Notes: generated by a model from the letters alone, not told the origin. Shown: positions 24,530-39,635, counted from the stretch's first letter. The stretch: DNA of 64,000 nt from Octopus sinensis (GCF_006345805.1 NC_043007.1:39928001-39992000), one strand, 5' to 3'. Numbers and translations: made by a program.

Positions 24530-25030
24530 TTACTACTACTACCACCTAACACCATCAAAATTACCACAACGACGACCTCCGCCTGTCTCCAACACTAGCT
24601 TCACTACCATCACCGACACAACCTCTAACACCACCATCACCATCACTATCACCACCACCTCAACAACAACATCCATAACCAATTGCACATGCACCACCAC
24701 TCTCAGACCACTATCACCACGCAATTACCACCACCACTACCACAGCACCACAGCGCCAAGCCTACAACACCGCCACCATCACCACCGCCGCCGCCGCCGC
24801 CACATCCAAAACATCCCTCCCATCATCACCGCTAGAGAGCCAACACCAAACCCCTCCAAAGTTTTCCACACAAACTATAACACCACACCGTCACCAACAC
24901 AACCGCCATCACCACTGCTGCCTCACAACTGCACCCACGCCACCACCACCACCACCACCACCACCATCACACCACTACCTATATCGCTCCATACAACACC
25001 ATCGTCACCCACCATCACTCCCACCAGCAC
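23930..25030. repeat. CAC/TAC-rich low-complexity tract
   Basis: Includes an 18-bp repeat (CCACTACCACCACAACGT) and (TAC)n. Confidence 0.9.
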
Positions 25031-25685
25031 GGCCACGGCCAAATGTCCGCTATTTCGTCTTCTTTTGTTACAGGTGTAATGGAAGCCAGGTTTTTAAGAG
25101 CGTTAACAAAATGGATGGAGAAAGCAATGGCGGCCGATTGGATGTGGAGGTGGTTATGGGAGTTATTATGTTGGCAGCAGCCATGATTGTTGTGCTTATT
25201 GTTGTTCTTTGCTACTGTTAAATGTTATTGTTGTTGTTGTTTTTCTTGTTATTGTACGCTTGAAATTGCATTGAAAGCAAATGCTTATAAAATGCTTAGA
25301 CGAATATCCTTTTCTCTTCACTTTGTCTCACATTCTGACATTTTCTCTGTCTCCCTCTCTCTCTTTCATTCTCTCTGTCTCGGTGATATATTCACATATT
25401 CATCACCTTCTCACCATATTTCTCTCTGTATACAACCACACACACACACACACATATATATATGTATATGTACATATATATATTCATATATACATATCCA
25501 CACACACACACACATACATATGTATGTATACGTAGGTATATATGCAAATACATACACACACATATATATATGTATATGTGTGTGTCTATATATATCTGCA
25601 TATGTGTGTATGTACATAACATATATTACATATATATATACATACATACATACATAAATATATGTATATACACACACATAAACAC

Positions 25686-25745
<60 letters not shown>

Positions 25746-25818
25746 TTATATATTTGTAAAACAATCTTACAATAACGCACAGCACACAACACGCATGTGT
25801 ACATACATATGTATACTC

Positions 25819-25849
<31 letters not shown>

Positions 25850-26210
25850 CACACACACACACACACACACATAAAGCTTCTCCAACACTTTTTCACTTAT
25901 TGACAGCTAAGACAAACGACTGGAGCTACTACGACAAAATCCACCACTACTATTACTACTACTACTACTACCACCACTATCACACTAACACAACTACCAT
26001 TACTTCTATTACAACTACTGCTACTACTACTGCTGCTACCTTACGCAGAAATTAATGTTTAACTTTCTCTCTTAGCATTTCCAAGTGAACCACTTCGTAA
26101 CATTAGAACAATGTCACATATTTTGGCCTTTTGTTCTTATTATTCCTTCCAGATTGATTTGGTCGATGATTTCCCCTGTCTCTCTCCCTCCCTACCTCCC
26201 CCTCTCTGCC

Positions 26211-26249
<39 letters not shown>

Positions 26250-26319
26250 CAAGTTCTCTTTCACTCTGTCCCTGTCACATTCTCTCTCTCACTCTATCTC
26301 TCTATGTCAATCAATCAAT

Positions 26320-26375
<56 letters not shown>

Positions 26376-26406
26376 TTATTTATCTATCTATCTATCTATC
26401 AATAAG

Positions 26407-26455
<49 letters not shown>

Positions 26456-26879
26456 TTATCTATCTATCTGTCTGTCATTTTATCTAGCTATCTATGGATC
26501 TATCTATGTCTACAAATATGTGTGTGTGTGTGTGTGTATGCAATGTAAGTTTCTATGCATATATGTATACATGAATGATTGCCAATACGTATATATGTAT
26601 GTTTACATAGATGTGTGTGTAGGTGTGCGGGTGTATAGATATGCATATATGTGTATCCACCTGTATTATTTCCTCTTTGTCAGGAGTGGTGAGCTGGCAC
26701 AATCGTTTGTAGATTTCCACCGACACTTTTTATGCTCTCAGTTCAAATCCCACTGAGGCCAAGTTAAACCTGCGTCCCGTCGTGGGGTGGAGGTCGATAA
26801 AATAAAGTACCAGTCAAAATACTGGGATCGATGGAAACGACAAAATTCCGTTAAAAAAATTCCTAGTCATGTGATTGGG

Positions 26880-26917
<38 letters not shown>

Positions 26918-27379
26918 TATTGTTGTTGTTACTGCTGGTTAGCCCCAGTTTAACTCTTACTGAACCGACCTATGATCAGATACATTTCTGTCATGGCCAC
27001 CCTCTCTTTTTGGATGCATGTCTCGGAATACATTACCGTGTGTGTGTCCTTTTTCTTTCACAAGATACTAGGATGCCGTCTAAGTGATATTTGGCTGTAA
27101 TTTTTACTAAATCAATAGTCCATGTAGAGGCAGTAAGTTTGGTAGAATAAAATAGATAAAAAAAACTGCCGAATTTGTTGTTTAGATGACTGTTGATACT
27201 GCAACGTAAAAATGTATTTTGATTGTAATTTGTAGATTTGTTTTAATTGTGTTTTCTCTTTGACACCGCTTCCTGCCTTCTATTCTGTATACTTTCAGTT
27301 AGAAAGCGCAGGCATTATTTTGCTCGGTTGACGTAAAATGTATGTGAATTACGATCGGAAGTTTTCCAAGATAAAACCG

Positions 27380-27800
27380 GAACATTTCATTGCCTTTCTC
27401 GCATATTCCAGATATACCGTGAGAGATGAGTGGATTACTTTATCCGCGCCTTAAAGACTTAGCGGGTCGTTAGAATGTATTTTCAATAACAATTATTTTT
27501 TGCTTACTCAAAGTGTTTCTTCTTTCCTGCCAGGTAACAGTTATAAATTTCTCGATACAGCAAAGCTTTTGTTGCATGGAATTTCATTTGTTTCTGTTTC
27601 TTAAGAAATTGGCGGATCGCATGAATTTACTTGCAACTGAATGTATTTTCTGCTTGTCCAATATAGTTCTTTCTTCTCAATAGATGGTGAATACAGTAAA
27701 GCCTTTGTTATGTGTACGCAACTGCGTAGACATGCTGGAGTACTATTGCGGCACTACTGTAGCTGAATTAAGGTGTGTTGCTATAGCCAGCAGACTTTGC
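27380..27800 (-). mobile_element. Possible decayed GIY-YIG endonuclease region (PLE)
   Basis: Minus strand reads CKVC..., then in another frame LYCIHHLLRRKNYIGQAENTF (YIGQ at 27654-27665); stops are present. Confidence 0.35.
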
Positions 27801-28350
27801 AGTACTCATATATCCAAACATTTGAATATTGAGGTGAAGAACGTAGTGGAGACAGAAAACTCGAAATATCGATGTCATTAATACTCAGTCTGAAAATAAA
27901 TGAATGTGTGTGTGTGCATGTCTAATTGTATATGTGCCATTATTCAGTTTTATTTCGAGATTTCTTGCCAGTTTTTAACCTAGAAAGAACCAGTTTTTAA
28001 CCTACATCCAAGGCTCTTACTTTGGAATTTCAACATCAACAACGGGGTATTTTTGTACGTATGTATATATGTATGTATGCATGTATGTATGTAATTTTTT
28101 ATATTATTCTTGTCAGGATGTTGGATAGGCAGAACTGAAGAAATGTCAGCTATTATTTTTAGCGTCTCTTTTTATTCTAAATTCAAACGCCATAGGGTCA
28201 TTTTTGTATTTGTCACTTACGCGGTCGGTAAAGGAAAGCACCAGTGAAGTAGCGGAGTCGATGTAATCGACTAGCACCAACCCATCAGAACTGTTGGGCT
28301 GTAGCTTCTCCCTGGTGGCAAGTAAAAGAAATCCTCATTATGATTATTGC

Positions 28351-28385
<35 letters not shown>

Positions 28386-28534
28386 AATCCTCTGAGCGGG
28401 CAGAATTGTTAGCCCGCCGGGAAAACTGCTTAGCGGCATTTCGTCCATCTTTACGTTCTGAGTTCAAATTGCACCGAAGTCGACATTGCCTTTTATCTTT
28501 CTGGTATCGATACACTAAATACAATCAAGTACAA

Positions 28535-29030
28535 ATCAAAATTGGCTTGCTACCTATAGCCTGCGATACTGTTTTATTTGTTTTGTACAATTATCTAATG
28601 CTTTCCTGATGATTCTGGCCGTGCCAAGGCGACAAACCTTTTGTAAACAACTCTACTGAACCCCCTATATAGTCATTTCCTTTACTTTCCTCTCGATGCC
28701 TTCTGATATTGTTCCCAAGGACCCAAGAATAATTTGCAATATCTTCACCTTCTTCATTTTCTACAGCCGGGCTATTTAAGAAGATAGTATAGTCTGTTTA
28801 TTCGCCTTTCTTCTTAACTATTCGTGGGTCAAACGACCACGCTCCATCAATTATAGAGCACAGGTGACTCACCTTGCCCATCACCACTAGATCCGGTTTG
28901 AACTCAAGCACCTGGTCCGATTGATTTCGGAAATCCCACTGGATTTTGCAGCTCTCCGACTCCATCCCTTTGCGATTTGTGTTCATACCTCCTGTTGCCT
29001 CTCTGCAGCTCCTACTTTTCACATAGTTTC
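28535..29030 (-). mobile_element. R4/Dong-clade non-LTR retrotransposon 3' fragment (restriction-like endonuclease)
   Basis: CKIQWDFRNQSDQVLEFKPDLVVMGK...IIDGAWSFDPRIVKK, then ILGSLGTI...LQKVCRLGTARIIRKAL: the PD...D REL motif and the typical C-terminus. Disrupted. Confidence 0.82.
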
Positions 29031-29184
29031 CAATGTAGGTCTTTAGCTACCTTATTGTGTCGCCATAATTTATATTAGTCTTGGGCAAGTCGAGAGCATT
29101 CGTTCATATGTGCAATGGTTTCGTCAACTCTATTAGAGATTTGGCGCGGTGGAGACACTTGCTCATTCCTTTGCGGCCAAAGCT

Positions 29185-29217
<33 letters not shown>

Positions 29218-29473
29218 TATATTTTATTCGGCTTCCTGTGATTTAAATTTCCCAGGCTTGCAGGAACCCAGCTTGTTCAGGCTGACATTCACGATTACAG
29301 ATTCAGTAATCTTAGCCTAAACGAGTTTGGTTTTTGTAAGAAGACTGCGAAACTTTAAGTCGCATGTGGCCGAATCAAATTATATCAAATACTAATATAT
29401 ACGACTACAACAAAATATGTTGAGTGCCTTTTTCTTTTGTTTGTCCACTTATCCGTGGGCATACTTATACATG

Positions 29474-29513
<40 letters not shown>

Positions 29514-29772
29514 TGTGTGTATGTGTGTCTGTGTGTGTGTGTCTGTGTGTGTGTGTCTGTGTGTGTGGTGTGTGTGTGTGTATGTGTCTGTGTGTCTGTG
29601 TGTCTGTGTGTGTGTATGTGTATATATATATGTGTATATATACGTGTGTGTATATATATATATATACATATATTTATATACATGTATATATAAGTATATT
29701 ACATATGCATATATATTTGTATGTACGTATGTATGCATATATGGTTATATATATGAGTATAAATATATATAT

Positions 29773-29803
<31 letters not shown>

Positions 29804-29910
29804 CATATGCACCGTATATCATCAAACAAATTCCAAAGAGGATGAGGTTAGTTCTGGGTCGGCAGATTCACAGTACTCTTTTCCCGGATTTTACTACATA
29901 TGTACACACA

Positions 29911-29962
<52 letters not shown>

Positions 29963-30164
29963 CACACACACATGTTTTAATAAAGCAAAAATGTATTTGC
30001 ACTCAGTATGAATAGCTTGCGCACTTTAGTTTAAGTGATTTTTATATTTACCACGTTCCCTGAGTTGGTAACACCAAGATGCATATGTGTGTAAATATGT
30101 GAGTGCAAGTATATGCATGTGTGCATGCGTGTATGTGTGTGAATATGTCTGTATATATATATGC

Positions 30165-30195
<31 letters not shown>

Positions 30196-30344
30196 TAAAT
30201 ACACGTATCTATATATATATGTATATATATGTATGTATATATATATGTATATACATATATGTATATACATATATATGAGTGTGTGTGTGTGTGTGTGTAT
30301 ATATACATATGTATGTGTATATATACACACACATATGTATATAT

Positions 30345-30603
30345 ATTTTCTTTTATTCTTTTATTTATTTCAGTCATCTGACTACGGCCATGCTGGAGTG
30401 TCGCCTTTTAGTCGAACATGTCGACCCCAGGACTTATTCTTAGTAAGCCTAGTATTTATTCCATCGGTCTCTTTTGCCGAACCGCTAGGGAACGGGGGCG
30501 TAAACACACCGACATCGGTTGTCGAGCGATGGTGGGGAGACAAACACAGCCACACACAAACACACACACATACACACACACATACACACACACACACACA
30601 CAT

Positions 30604-30642
<39 letters not shown>

Positions 30643-30782
30643 CGACGGGCTTCTTTTAGTTCAAATCCACTCCCAAGGTTATGGTCAACACGAGGCACTC
30701 GCCCAAGATGCTACACAGTGGAACCAAACCCAGAACAATGTGGTTGGGAAACAAGCTTCTAACCACACAGCCACTCCAGCGA
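30345..30782 (-). mobile_element. SINE family C with internal (CA)n(TA)n
   Basis: Both halves match the C consensus around a microsatellite at about 30550-30640. Confidence 0.88.
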
Positions 30783-30796
30783 CTCATATTTATATT

Positions 30797-30842
<46 letters not shown>

Positions 30843-30927
30843 CATACATACATACATACATACATACATACATACATACATACATACATACATACATACA
30901 TGCATACATATATATAATAATAAATAA

Positions 30928-31174
30928 ATGCGCCCTTTTAAAGCCTAGCCAGGCTCATGGGCCCGGTTTCCTGGTTTCTATGGCGTATGTGTTCCCCAGC
31001 TAGACGGGACGCCAGTCCATCGCAGCGTTACTCAATTTTGCCAGCTGAGTGGACTGGAGCAACGTGAAATGAAGTGTTTTGCTCAAGAACACAACGAATC
31101 GCCTGGGCCAGGAATCGAAACCACAATCTTACGATCATGATGCTGACACCCTAACCACTAAGACACGCGCCTCC
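30928..31174 (-). mobile_element. SINE family A, tail type 2
   Basis: Near-identical to 55721-55967. Confidence 0.92.
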
Positions 31175-32696
31175 ATATATATAAATATATTTATATGTGT
31201 GTGTGTATGTGTGTGTGTGTGTAAGTATGTATTTATGTATATACATATATATATACATTCAACAATATAAGGAATGGCCATATAGGACATTCGACTCATT
31301 AGAAAGAGCAGCCAAAACTCATACCGCTAAATAGTTGTAATTCTGAAATAGAAAGAGAAATAAAAATGTTTACCCCTTTCATCTCTGGACTATGCATTGT
31401 TTCGGCAAAACTTTGGCAAATGAATTAATTAAATTAAATTAAATTCCTTTACATCTGGCGTGCCTCGTCAGCAGAGAGCCTAGGACGAGTATATGTCCAC
31501 GAGTCTATGGTAAAGAAGCCTCTAGTCACATATGCCCTAAATTTTCAAATCTTACCGCAATCGTGCGGTCTACTCAGCAGCAAATATAAACTGCTGATTT
31601 AATTTCACATACGTATGTATGTATATGTATATATTAATACTAAGTGTGAACACGTTATATTAAAACGTATAGTAGATAAAACAGGGACAACTGATGAAGG
31701 GAATGTTGTTTATGTTGCTTGTCTCGTTTCTGTCTGTTTGTTTCTTTCGTTGTTCGAAAAACAGTTCGTCTTCTGTGTTTTTGTTTTTTATGTTCTCGTT
31801 TCTCATTCTGTTTACGTTTTTTTGGTGCCCTGTACCCATGTATGAATGTATATATACATATATATGTAGGTATGTACATATATATGTAGGTATGTACATA
31901 TATATGTAGGTATGTACATATATGTATGTATATAAAATCCTTAAATCCTTAAAAATGCTTCAGCCCGAAGGCTGCGGCCATGCTGGGGCACCATCGCTGA
32001 ATGAGCTTCACTAATATGTGATTCCACCCCTGATACGTGGCACTTGGTCAACAAGGGAGTTCGATGCCGCTGCCCGCCATCTGCGTCTCCTGTCGTGAGG
32101 TAGGTTCATCTGGGACCCCCGACAAGAAGAGATCCAGTTTAGTTTTAAAGAAACCCACATCCACACCATGCAAGTCTCTCAGGCATTTAGGGAGGATGTT
32201 AAAGAGCTGTGGTCCTCTGAAACCCACATATACATATAATTTATATATTATTTATATTATATATTTATGTGTGTGTGTGTGTGTGTGTGATTATACATAC
32301 AGAGAGAAAGAGAGAGAAAGAAAGAGAGAGAGAGGAGCCTAAAAACAAGTGATTGCAGATCTAGAACACGGTATATACGTGTATCCGTTACGTTCTGAGT
32401 TCAACTTCCGCCGAGGTTTATTTTGCCTTTCATCCATTCGGGGTCGATAAATTAAGTACCAGTTACGCACTGGGGTCGATGTAATTGACTTAATCCGTTT
32501 GTCTGTCCTTGTTTGTCCCCTCTATGTTTAGCCCCTTGTGGGTAGTAAAGAAACACGTATATACAAGCTTGCTACGAAACAAATCGTCTTTTGTTGAACT
32601 CACTGTTTTAATAACACACACATACACATCCGTGCAACCACACAAGTATTTGACAAATGTGTGTATGTATGTATGTGTGTGTGTATGCATACATGC

Positions 32697-32759
<63 letters not shown>

Positions 32760-32760
32760 C

Positions 32761-32792
<32 letters not shown>

Positions 32793-33299
32793 TATATAAT
32801 ATAAACATATACACACACACACACAAATATATACACACACGCGCGCATGCATACATACATGCACACGCACATGCACAATGTGCGTGTGCATGTATGTATG
32901 TGTGTGTGCGTGTGTGTATATATATATATATGTGAAGAAAGAGAGAGAGGGAGAAACAGCCCTCTTTCATTTGTATATCTTGTTACTGGCGGTGCCCCAG
33001 CATGGCCGCAGTCAAATGACTGAAACAAATGAAAGAATAGAAGAATAAAAGAATATTCCTCTCTCCATTCCTTGCTTTCACCGTCCGCATGTTTTCTCTC
33101 ACGTGCACACGTCTTTTCCCCTTTCTCACTATATATATCTTCTCTCCCCCCCCCCATTTCTCTCTCTACCTCTCTTTCTCTGTCCTTCAGCCTTCCTTTC
33201 TCTGATTCTCCCTCGACCTTCACTTTTACTTTCTCTTTGCATCTACAATTGCACGTCCACCATTTCCTCTTTCATCACCGGTTTTTTTTAATATTTTTT

Positions 33300-33856
33300 A
33301 TTGTTGTTGTTGTAATATTCCTGTTATTGTAATTTGTTGTTGTTGTAACTCTTCATTTATTCTTTAATTGCTTCTTTCCCTTTCTTTCCCTTCTTCTTCT
33401 TCTTCTTTTTCTTCTTCTTCTTCTTCTTCTTCTTCTTCTCCTTCTTCTTTTTCTCCTCCTCTTCCTCCTCCTTCATCTGCTCGGAGTCGTCTATCTTGGT
33501 TTCCTATCTCCCCTACTACCACCATCATCACCACCACGACAACCACCACCACCACCACAATCACCACCACCAACCCCCCATCTCCATCAGTTCCTTCTCT
33601 AACAAGACAGTTTCATCTAACCCAATATCACCTACAAGGAGTCAATAGCCACCAATAACTCCACCGCCACCACCACCATCGTCATCACCACATTTCATTA
33701 ATGACCACTACCACTAGCAACACCAACGGCTCCATCACCACCACCACAATCATCATCATCATCATCATCATCATCATTATCATAATCATCATCGTCATCA
33801 TCATCATCATCATCATCACCATCACCATCATCATCATCATCATCATCACCATCATT

Positions 33857-33905
<49 letters not shown>

Positions 33906-34680
33906 CCATCATCATCTTCATTACTACCACAATTCACTAATGACCACTACCACCACCACCATTATCATCATCATCATCGTTACCATTGCACTTCATTACT
34001 GACCACTACCACCATTACCACCACAAAGAACAATATTAATTACCACCACCATCACCACCACCACTTCCACCACCACCACCACTACCACCACTACCAACAC
34101 CATCATTATCACCCCACTCCACTCCACTCCACCACCTCCCATACCAAAAGCCAATAGCCACAACCTAATAATACCACCACCCATGCCTACACCCACCATA
34201 CCATTCCATATTGCTACACACCCCCCGACACACACACACACACACACACCACGACCACCATCAAACCACTACCACCACCGCCACCATCACCAACACCGCC
34301 GTCGCCCTTACCAGAAACACCAGCAGCAGCAGCAGCAGCATCGTGCCATCTTTAAAAACCATCATTTATATATGCCATACCAATGCCGTTTTACGGAATT
34401 CAATCAGACTAAGTGCCCATTTATTCTCTTTGCTAAATGTCGTGTTTACAGACAGACGTGTTGTTTCAACACCTTCAACCATTTCCACCCCCACCCCACC
34501 CCTTCACACACACAACCACACCCTATGCCCCACCTCACCCCTTCCACCGATCACACACACCCTTCCTCCTCCACCGCCATCCGACACCACCCAACCATTC
34601 AGAAACACCACTTCTTCAACCGCCATATAACTCCACTGTCCGCACTACCTTATTAAGCTGGCCTCCCATCTCACATACCC
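33300..34680. repeat. Compound (TTG)/(TTC)/(CAT)/(CAC) microsatellites and low-complexity tract
   Basis: Directly visible, including a long (CAT)n run at about 33750-33915. Confidence 0.9.
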
Positions 34681-34901
34681 TCCTCCAATCCCACCTTTTT
34701 CCCCGTTCTTCTATTCTTCTACCGCCAATGTCTCAAGTACTGTCCTCCGCTTCAATATATATATATATATACATATATATTTATATATATACATATATAT
34801 ATGTATGCTATAATATATATATATATATATATATAGGTTTATAATATATATATATATATATAATATATATATATATGTTGTGTGGTGGTATGAATGTATG
34901 T

Positions 34902-34939
<38 letters not shown>

Positions 34940-36007
34940 ATGTATGTATGCATGTATGTACGTATGCATATGTGAGTATATATATACATATATATACATA
35001 TACACACATATATATATATACACACATATATTTCCCTCTGTCTCTCTGTCTCTCTGTCTCTCTGTCTCTCTGTCTCTTTGTCTCTCTGTCTCTCTGTCTC
35101 TCTGTCTCTCTCTTTCTGTCCTTCTCTGTCTTTTGCCTCTGTCGTTGCCATCTTCTTTCTTTGCCGTCCCTATTATTGCTATTCCCAGCATCATCTCCTC
35201 CACCAACGCCGATGACACTAGGGGCTGGCTGGTTTACACTATCTCCATGACTGCACTCCAACATCGATATCTTTGACACCACTAACAGCGTGTACTATAC
35301 CATCAGCATCAACATTAGCAGCAGCTGTACTAGAAGAACACCACAACCAACTACAACAGGAACCCAAGCAACAGTAACTATAATATCACAGAAACAACAG
35401 CAACACCACAGTCAGTGCCAGATTTAGGACAAATGAAGCCCTTTGCTAGTTAAGTTACGACCCCAGTGCGTAACTGGTACTTAATTTATAGACTCCGAAA
35501 GGATGAAAGTCGACCTCGGCAGAATTTGAACTCAAAACGTAACGGCAGACGAAATACCTATTTCTTTACTACCCACGAGGGGCTAAACACAGAGGAGACA
35601 AACAAGGACGGACAAACGGATTAAATCGTCGTAAAAAATTGGGGGTGAAGAAGGTGGGCCCCACTGGTCACCGGGGTCCTGTGCTTAAGGATACCTAAAC
35701 ACAATGTCACATCTTCCACTGACAGTAATGCAACTACAACCACCAGCAGCATAAACAACATTATCCCAACAACAGCAGTACAAACACTACAAGACCAACG
35801 GCAATAAGGACAACGACACCACAATAGTAACAATAACAGCAACAGCTACAACATAACACCACCAACAATAACAGCAACAACAATAAGGACACCACAACAT
35901 CAAGAACAATAACAATAACAACAGAAACGTCACAGCATTGCCAACAACATCAGGAGCACAACACTGACAGCACTGTCACAACATCATTCACTACAGCAAC
36001 GACAAAT

Positions 36008-36410
36008 GGAGCTGCAATGGCCCAGTGGTTAGAGCAGCGGACTCGCGGTCGAGGACCGGGCTATTGTTTGTGTTTATTAAGCGAAAACACCTAAAAACTC
36101 CATGAGGCTCCGGCAGTGAGTGGTGGCGACCCCTTTTGTACTCTTTCGTTCCAACTTTCTCTCACTCTTTCTTCCTGTTTCTTGTCCCCGACTTCCTACG
36201 CAACCGCTGAGCCTGGATGCGCACTCATCCATCCGTCGATGTTCTCGGTTTCGGGGGTTGACCTGCTTTCTCTTCTGCGGGTCTTACGAATAGCAAAGTA
36301 CCACGTTTCGGACTTCTCCCACGATGTTCTCGGTCTCGGGGGTTGACCTGCTTTCTCTTCTGCGGGTCTTACGAATAGCAAAGGACCACGTTTCGGACTT
36401 CTTCCATCTT
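36008..36410 (+). mobile_element. SINE family D head with alternative tail and 85-bp internal duplication
   Basis: D head and body to about 36170, then a different tail; GATGTTCTCGG recurs at 36238 and 36323. Confidence 0.8.
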
Positions 36411-36676
36411 GCGAGCTCTGGGACGAAGACCGTTCGCTCAACAGCAACAGCAACAGCAACGACAATTCTGCACCGCCACCGCCAACATCATCAACTCTCA
36501 TAACAATAACTGCCAGCAACAACAACTCCACCAATAACAACAACGCTAACGGCAACAGTAACATCAACATCAATAACAATAATACCGTACTAACACAAGC
36601 GACTAGCTCTCCGTCGGTTACGACGACGAAGGATTCCAGTTGATATGATCCACGGAGCAACCTGCTCGTGAAATTC

Positions 36677-37333
36677 TTTTCCACTCTAGGTACAAGGCCC
36701 GAAATTTTGGGGGAGAGGGAGCCAGTCGATTAGATCGACCCCAGCACGCAACTGGGGTCGATCTACTTAATTTATCAACCCTGAAAGGATGAAAGGCAAA
36801 GTCGACCTCGGCGGAATTTGAACTCAGAGCATAAAGATAGACATAAAGGACCACTAAGTACTTCGTCCGGCGTGCTAACGTTTCTTATTTTTTTTATTGC
36901 CCACAAGGGGCTAAACATAAAGGGGATAAACAAGGAAAGACAAACGGATTAAGTCGATTACGTCGACCCCAGTGCGTAGCTGGTACTTAATTTATCGACT
37001 CCGAAAGGATGAAAGGCAAAGTCGACCTCGGCAGAATTTGAACTCAAAACGTAACGGCAGACGAAATACTTATTTCTTTACTACCCACAAGGGGCTAAAC
37101 ACAGAGGGGACAAACAAGGACAGACATAGGTATTAAGTCGATTATATCGGCCCCAGTGCGTAACTGGTACTTATTTAATCGACCCCGAAGGGATGAAAGG
37201 CAAAGTCGACCTCGGCGGAATTTGAACTCAAAACGTAACGGCAGACGAAATACCTATTTCTTTACTGCCCACAAGGGGCTAAACATAAAGGGGACAAACA
37301 AGGACAGACATAGGTATTAAGTCGATTATATCG
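36677..37333 (-). mobile_element. SINE B concatemer
   Basis: ATGAAAGGCAAAG at 36789, 37009 and 37193. Confidence 0.9.
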
Positions 37334-37452
37334 ACTGGAGCAATGTGAAATAAAATATCTTGTTCAAGGACACACCACGCTGCCGGGTATCGAACTCACG
37401 ACCTTACGATCCTGAGCCGAATACCTTAACCACTAAGCCATGTGCCTTCACA
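37333..37452 (-). mobile_element. SINE family A head and core
   Basis: GTGAAGGCACATGGCTTAGTGGTTAAGG head on the minus strand; abuts the B concatemer. Confidence 0.85.
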
Positions 37453-38078
37453 CCAACGATAACAACATCAACACTACTTTAACTTTAACGACATTAATAC
37501 TGTGAGCCAAGAGGTCTTGGATATGATCTCTAATACTAGGAATACAAAACAATATCTCTTCAAATCACTCTTCGGATCCTATAGCCCAACATACATTTTG
37601 GCATTTTAAAAAAATGAGCCGGTCAGCGCAAGAATGCTTTCGGTCAGGTCTGACCTGGGGCTGAGCGGCAGCAACAACCTGCCAGCATCGGAAACACCAC
37701 GCGGTCGCATGACCTACAAGGCAAAACAAAAATGTCTGTGTACGTATGTGTGTATGTGTGTGTGTGCGCGCGTGTGTGTGTGTGTTTGTATGTATATAAA
37801 GAATGAATGTGTGTATGTGTGCTTTTGTATGTGTGTATGTGTGTATGTGTGTATGTGTGTGTGCGCGCGTATGTGTGTGTGTTTGTATGTATGTAAAGAA
37901 TGAATGTGTGTATGTGTGCTTTTGTATGTGTGTGTGTGTGTGTATGTGTGTTTGTACATGTGTGTGTGCATGTTTATGTTTGTGTGCATGTGTATGTATG
38001 TATGAATGTTTGTATGTGTGTATGCTTGCATGCATGTATGTAATGTATGTAAGTATGTATGTATGAGTATGTGTGTGT

Positions 38079-38948
38079 CCCGGATGCGAATTTTTTCCCG
38101 CACGAGTCTTCCAAAGCCCAGTAATAAACTTATTTGCATACAGTCAATCAAAGCTCACCTTGACCTTGTCAAGTTAACAGACACACTCTACCAAGTAAAC
38201 TCAAGATGAAGAACGGTGTTGTAAGTCGACCGATCGCCAAGTTATGTCTGATTCTAGAAGGGGACAAGTAATTTGATAGATTTGCATCTATAACCATAAT
38301 CGGATTTTGTTAGGTGCCCCATTTGGTAAAGATGTGGATGGGAAAAATGTGGGTAGAGAGTGATGTGCTAGCAACCCTCTGCCCTTACTGCTTTACAAAG
38401 TGATCACGTGACCGACCAGACCATAAGATGTTGTTACACATCGCTGGTCACAATGCGTTCGCATTGTTTTTAGCCTTCGAATGACGCCACCCCGCTGGCT
38501 AAGCGAGCAGGCCAACAGAAGAAAGAGTGGGAGAAAGAGTGGTGAAAGAGTACAGCAGGGATCACCACCCCCTGCCGGAGCCTCGTGGAGCTTTTAGGTG
38601 TTTTCGCTCAATAAACACACACAACGCCCGGTCTGGGAATCGAAACCGCGATCCTGCGACCGCGAGTCCGCTGCCCTAACCACTAGGCCATTGCGCCTCC
38701 GCTTTACAAAGTAAACAACACAAATAACTACACAGAAGTAGCCATGGTTGAAACTAGAACAAGAACAACAAGCATTATTAAAAGCGAAAAGAAGCATGGT
38801 CATTCCTTGCCCAAGTGATCTTATCTTATCGCCCATCACTTGTTATGCGCTCATAAATTAGTTTGCTAGTTGAGCTCTGGTTGGGTGTATGCAAATGAGT
38901 TCATAACTGGGGTCCGGAACACTCGTGGGAAAAAATTTCGCGTCCCGG
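38079..38948. mobile_element. Old MITE-like element with ~80-bp imperfect terminal inverted repeats
   Basis: 38079-38160 resembles the reverse complement of 38868-38948 (AATTTTTTCCC...ACGAGT...ATTTGCATACA...AGCTCA). A SINE D is inserted inside. Confidence 0.6.
38400..38700 (-). mobile_element. SINE family D
   Basis: Matches 4975-5283. Confidence 0.92.
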
Positions 38949-39289
38949 ATATAACTTCACACTGCATCCGGTTGTGGGAATCTGAATTTTGCAGTTCCAG
39001 GGTTGTGCAAACTCCGCTGAGCCCCAATTATTTCCAGGTCAGCTCTGACCCGAAGTAGCAACACCTACAAAGGTCCCAACTACAGGTTAACTATCATATG
39101 TGATGACATTTCACTTGTGCACGGAGATGTAGAAATACCTTTGATTGAAATCAGGGCACGCAGTGAAACTACCGGGGGTGAAGGATCTACCTAGCTGACA
39201 TCATGGCAGCCTTTTAGGCGGGCGCACTGAAGTAAAACCTGCAGTTTCACACGATTATTGGTCATTTCTCTTCGGCCTTTCACTAGGTA

Positions 39290-39635
39290 CTAATCCCGAA
39301 GCCTCAGACAATGGTACTCGTGTTGTACAAGCGTTTACCACCATAATCCAATGATGTACATGAGTCGCTTTATGGTGACCTTAGTACTCAGTCCATCGAC
39401 TGAAATGAATGGCGATGGAAGAGTGGCGACGTGTGCAGGCCTAATCAGTTGGAAGCGCATAGTGAGTTTGCAGCTTTCCTCTGTCAACTATGCCCTCAAA
39501 GTATGCAGATCTGCAATGAGGTTGAATAGTCATCTGAGAGGTCATGAATGGAAAGTCGGCCATGCTACTTACAACGGTGGCAGAAAGAGACAGCCATCAT
39601 CTGCGAAGACGGAGAAATCACCATATATGAAAGTA
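39290..39635 (+). mobile_element. RTE-clade LINE 3' end fragment
   Basis: Ends ...KVCRSAMRLNSHLRGH (second half of a C2H2 finger), then a short RTE-like tail CAGCCATCATCTGCGAAGACGGAG...CCATATAT. Confidence 0.55.

Noticed and set aside
23995-24549. Thr/His-rich mucin-like ORF (also 6119-6854, 40316-40975 and similar)
   Set aside because: These are translations of CAC/TAC low-complexity DNA, open in several frames and on both strands, with no splice or domain support.
27684-27881. Insulin A-chain-like motif CVRNCVDMLEYYC
   Set aside because: It lacks the CC doublet and has C-x7-C instead of C-x8-C; there is no B chain or signal peptide.
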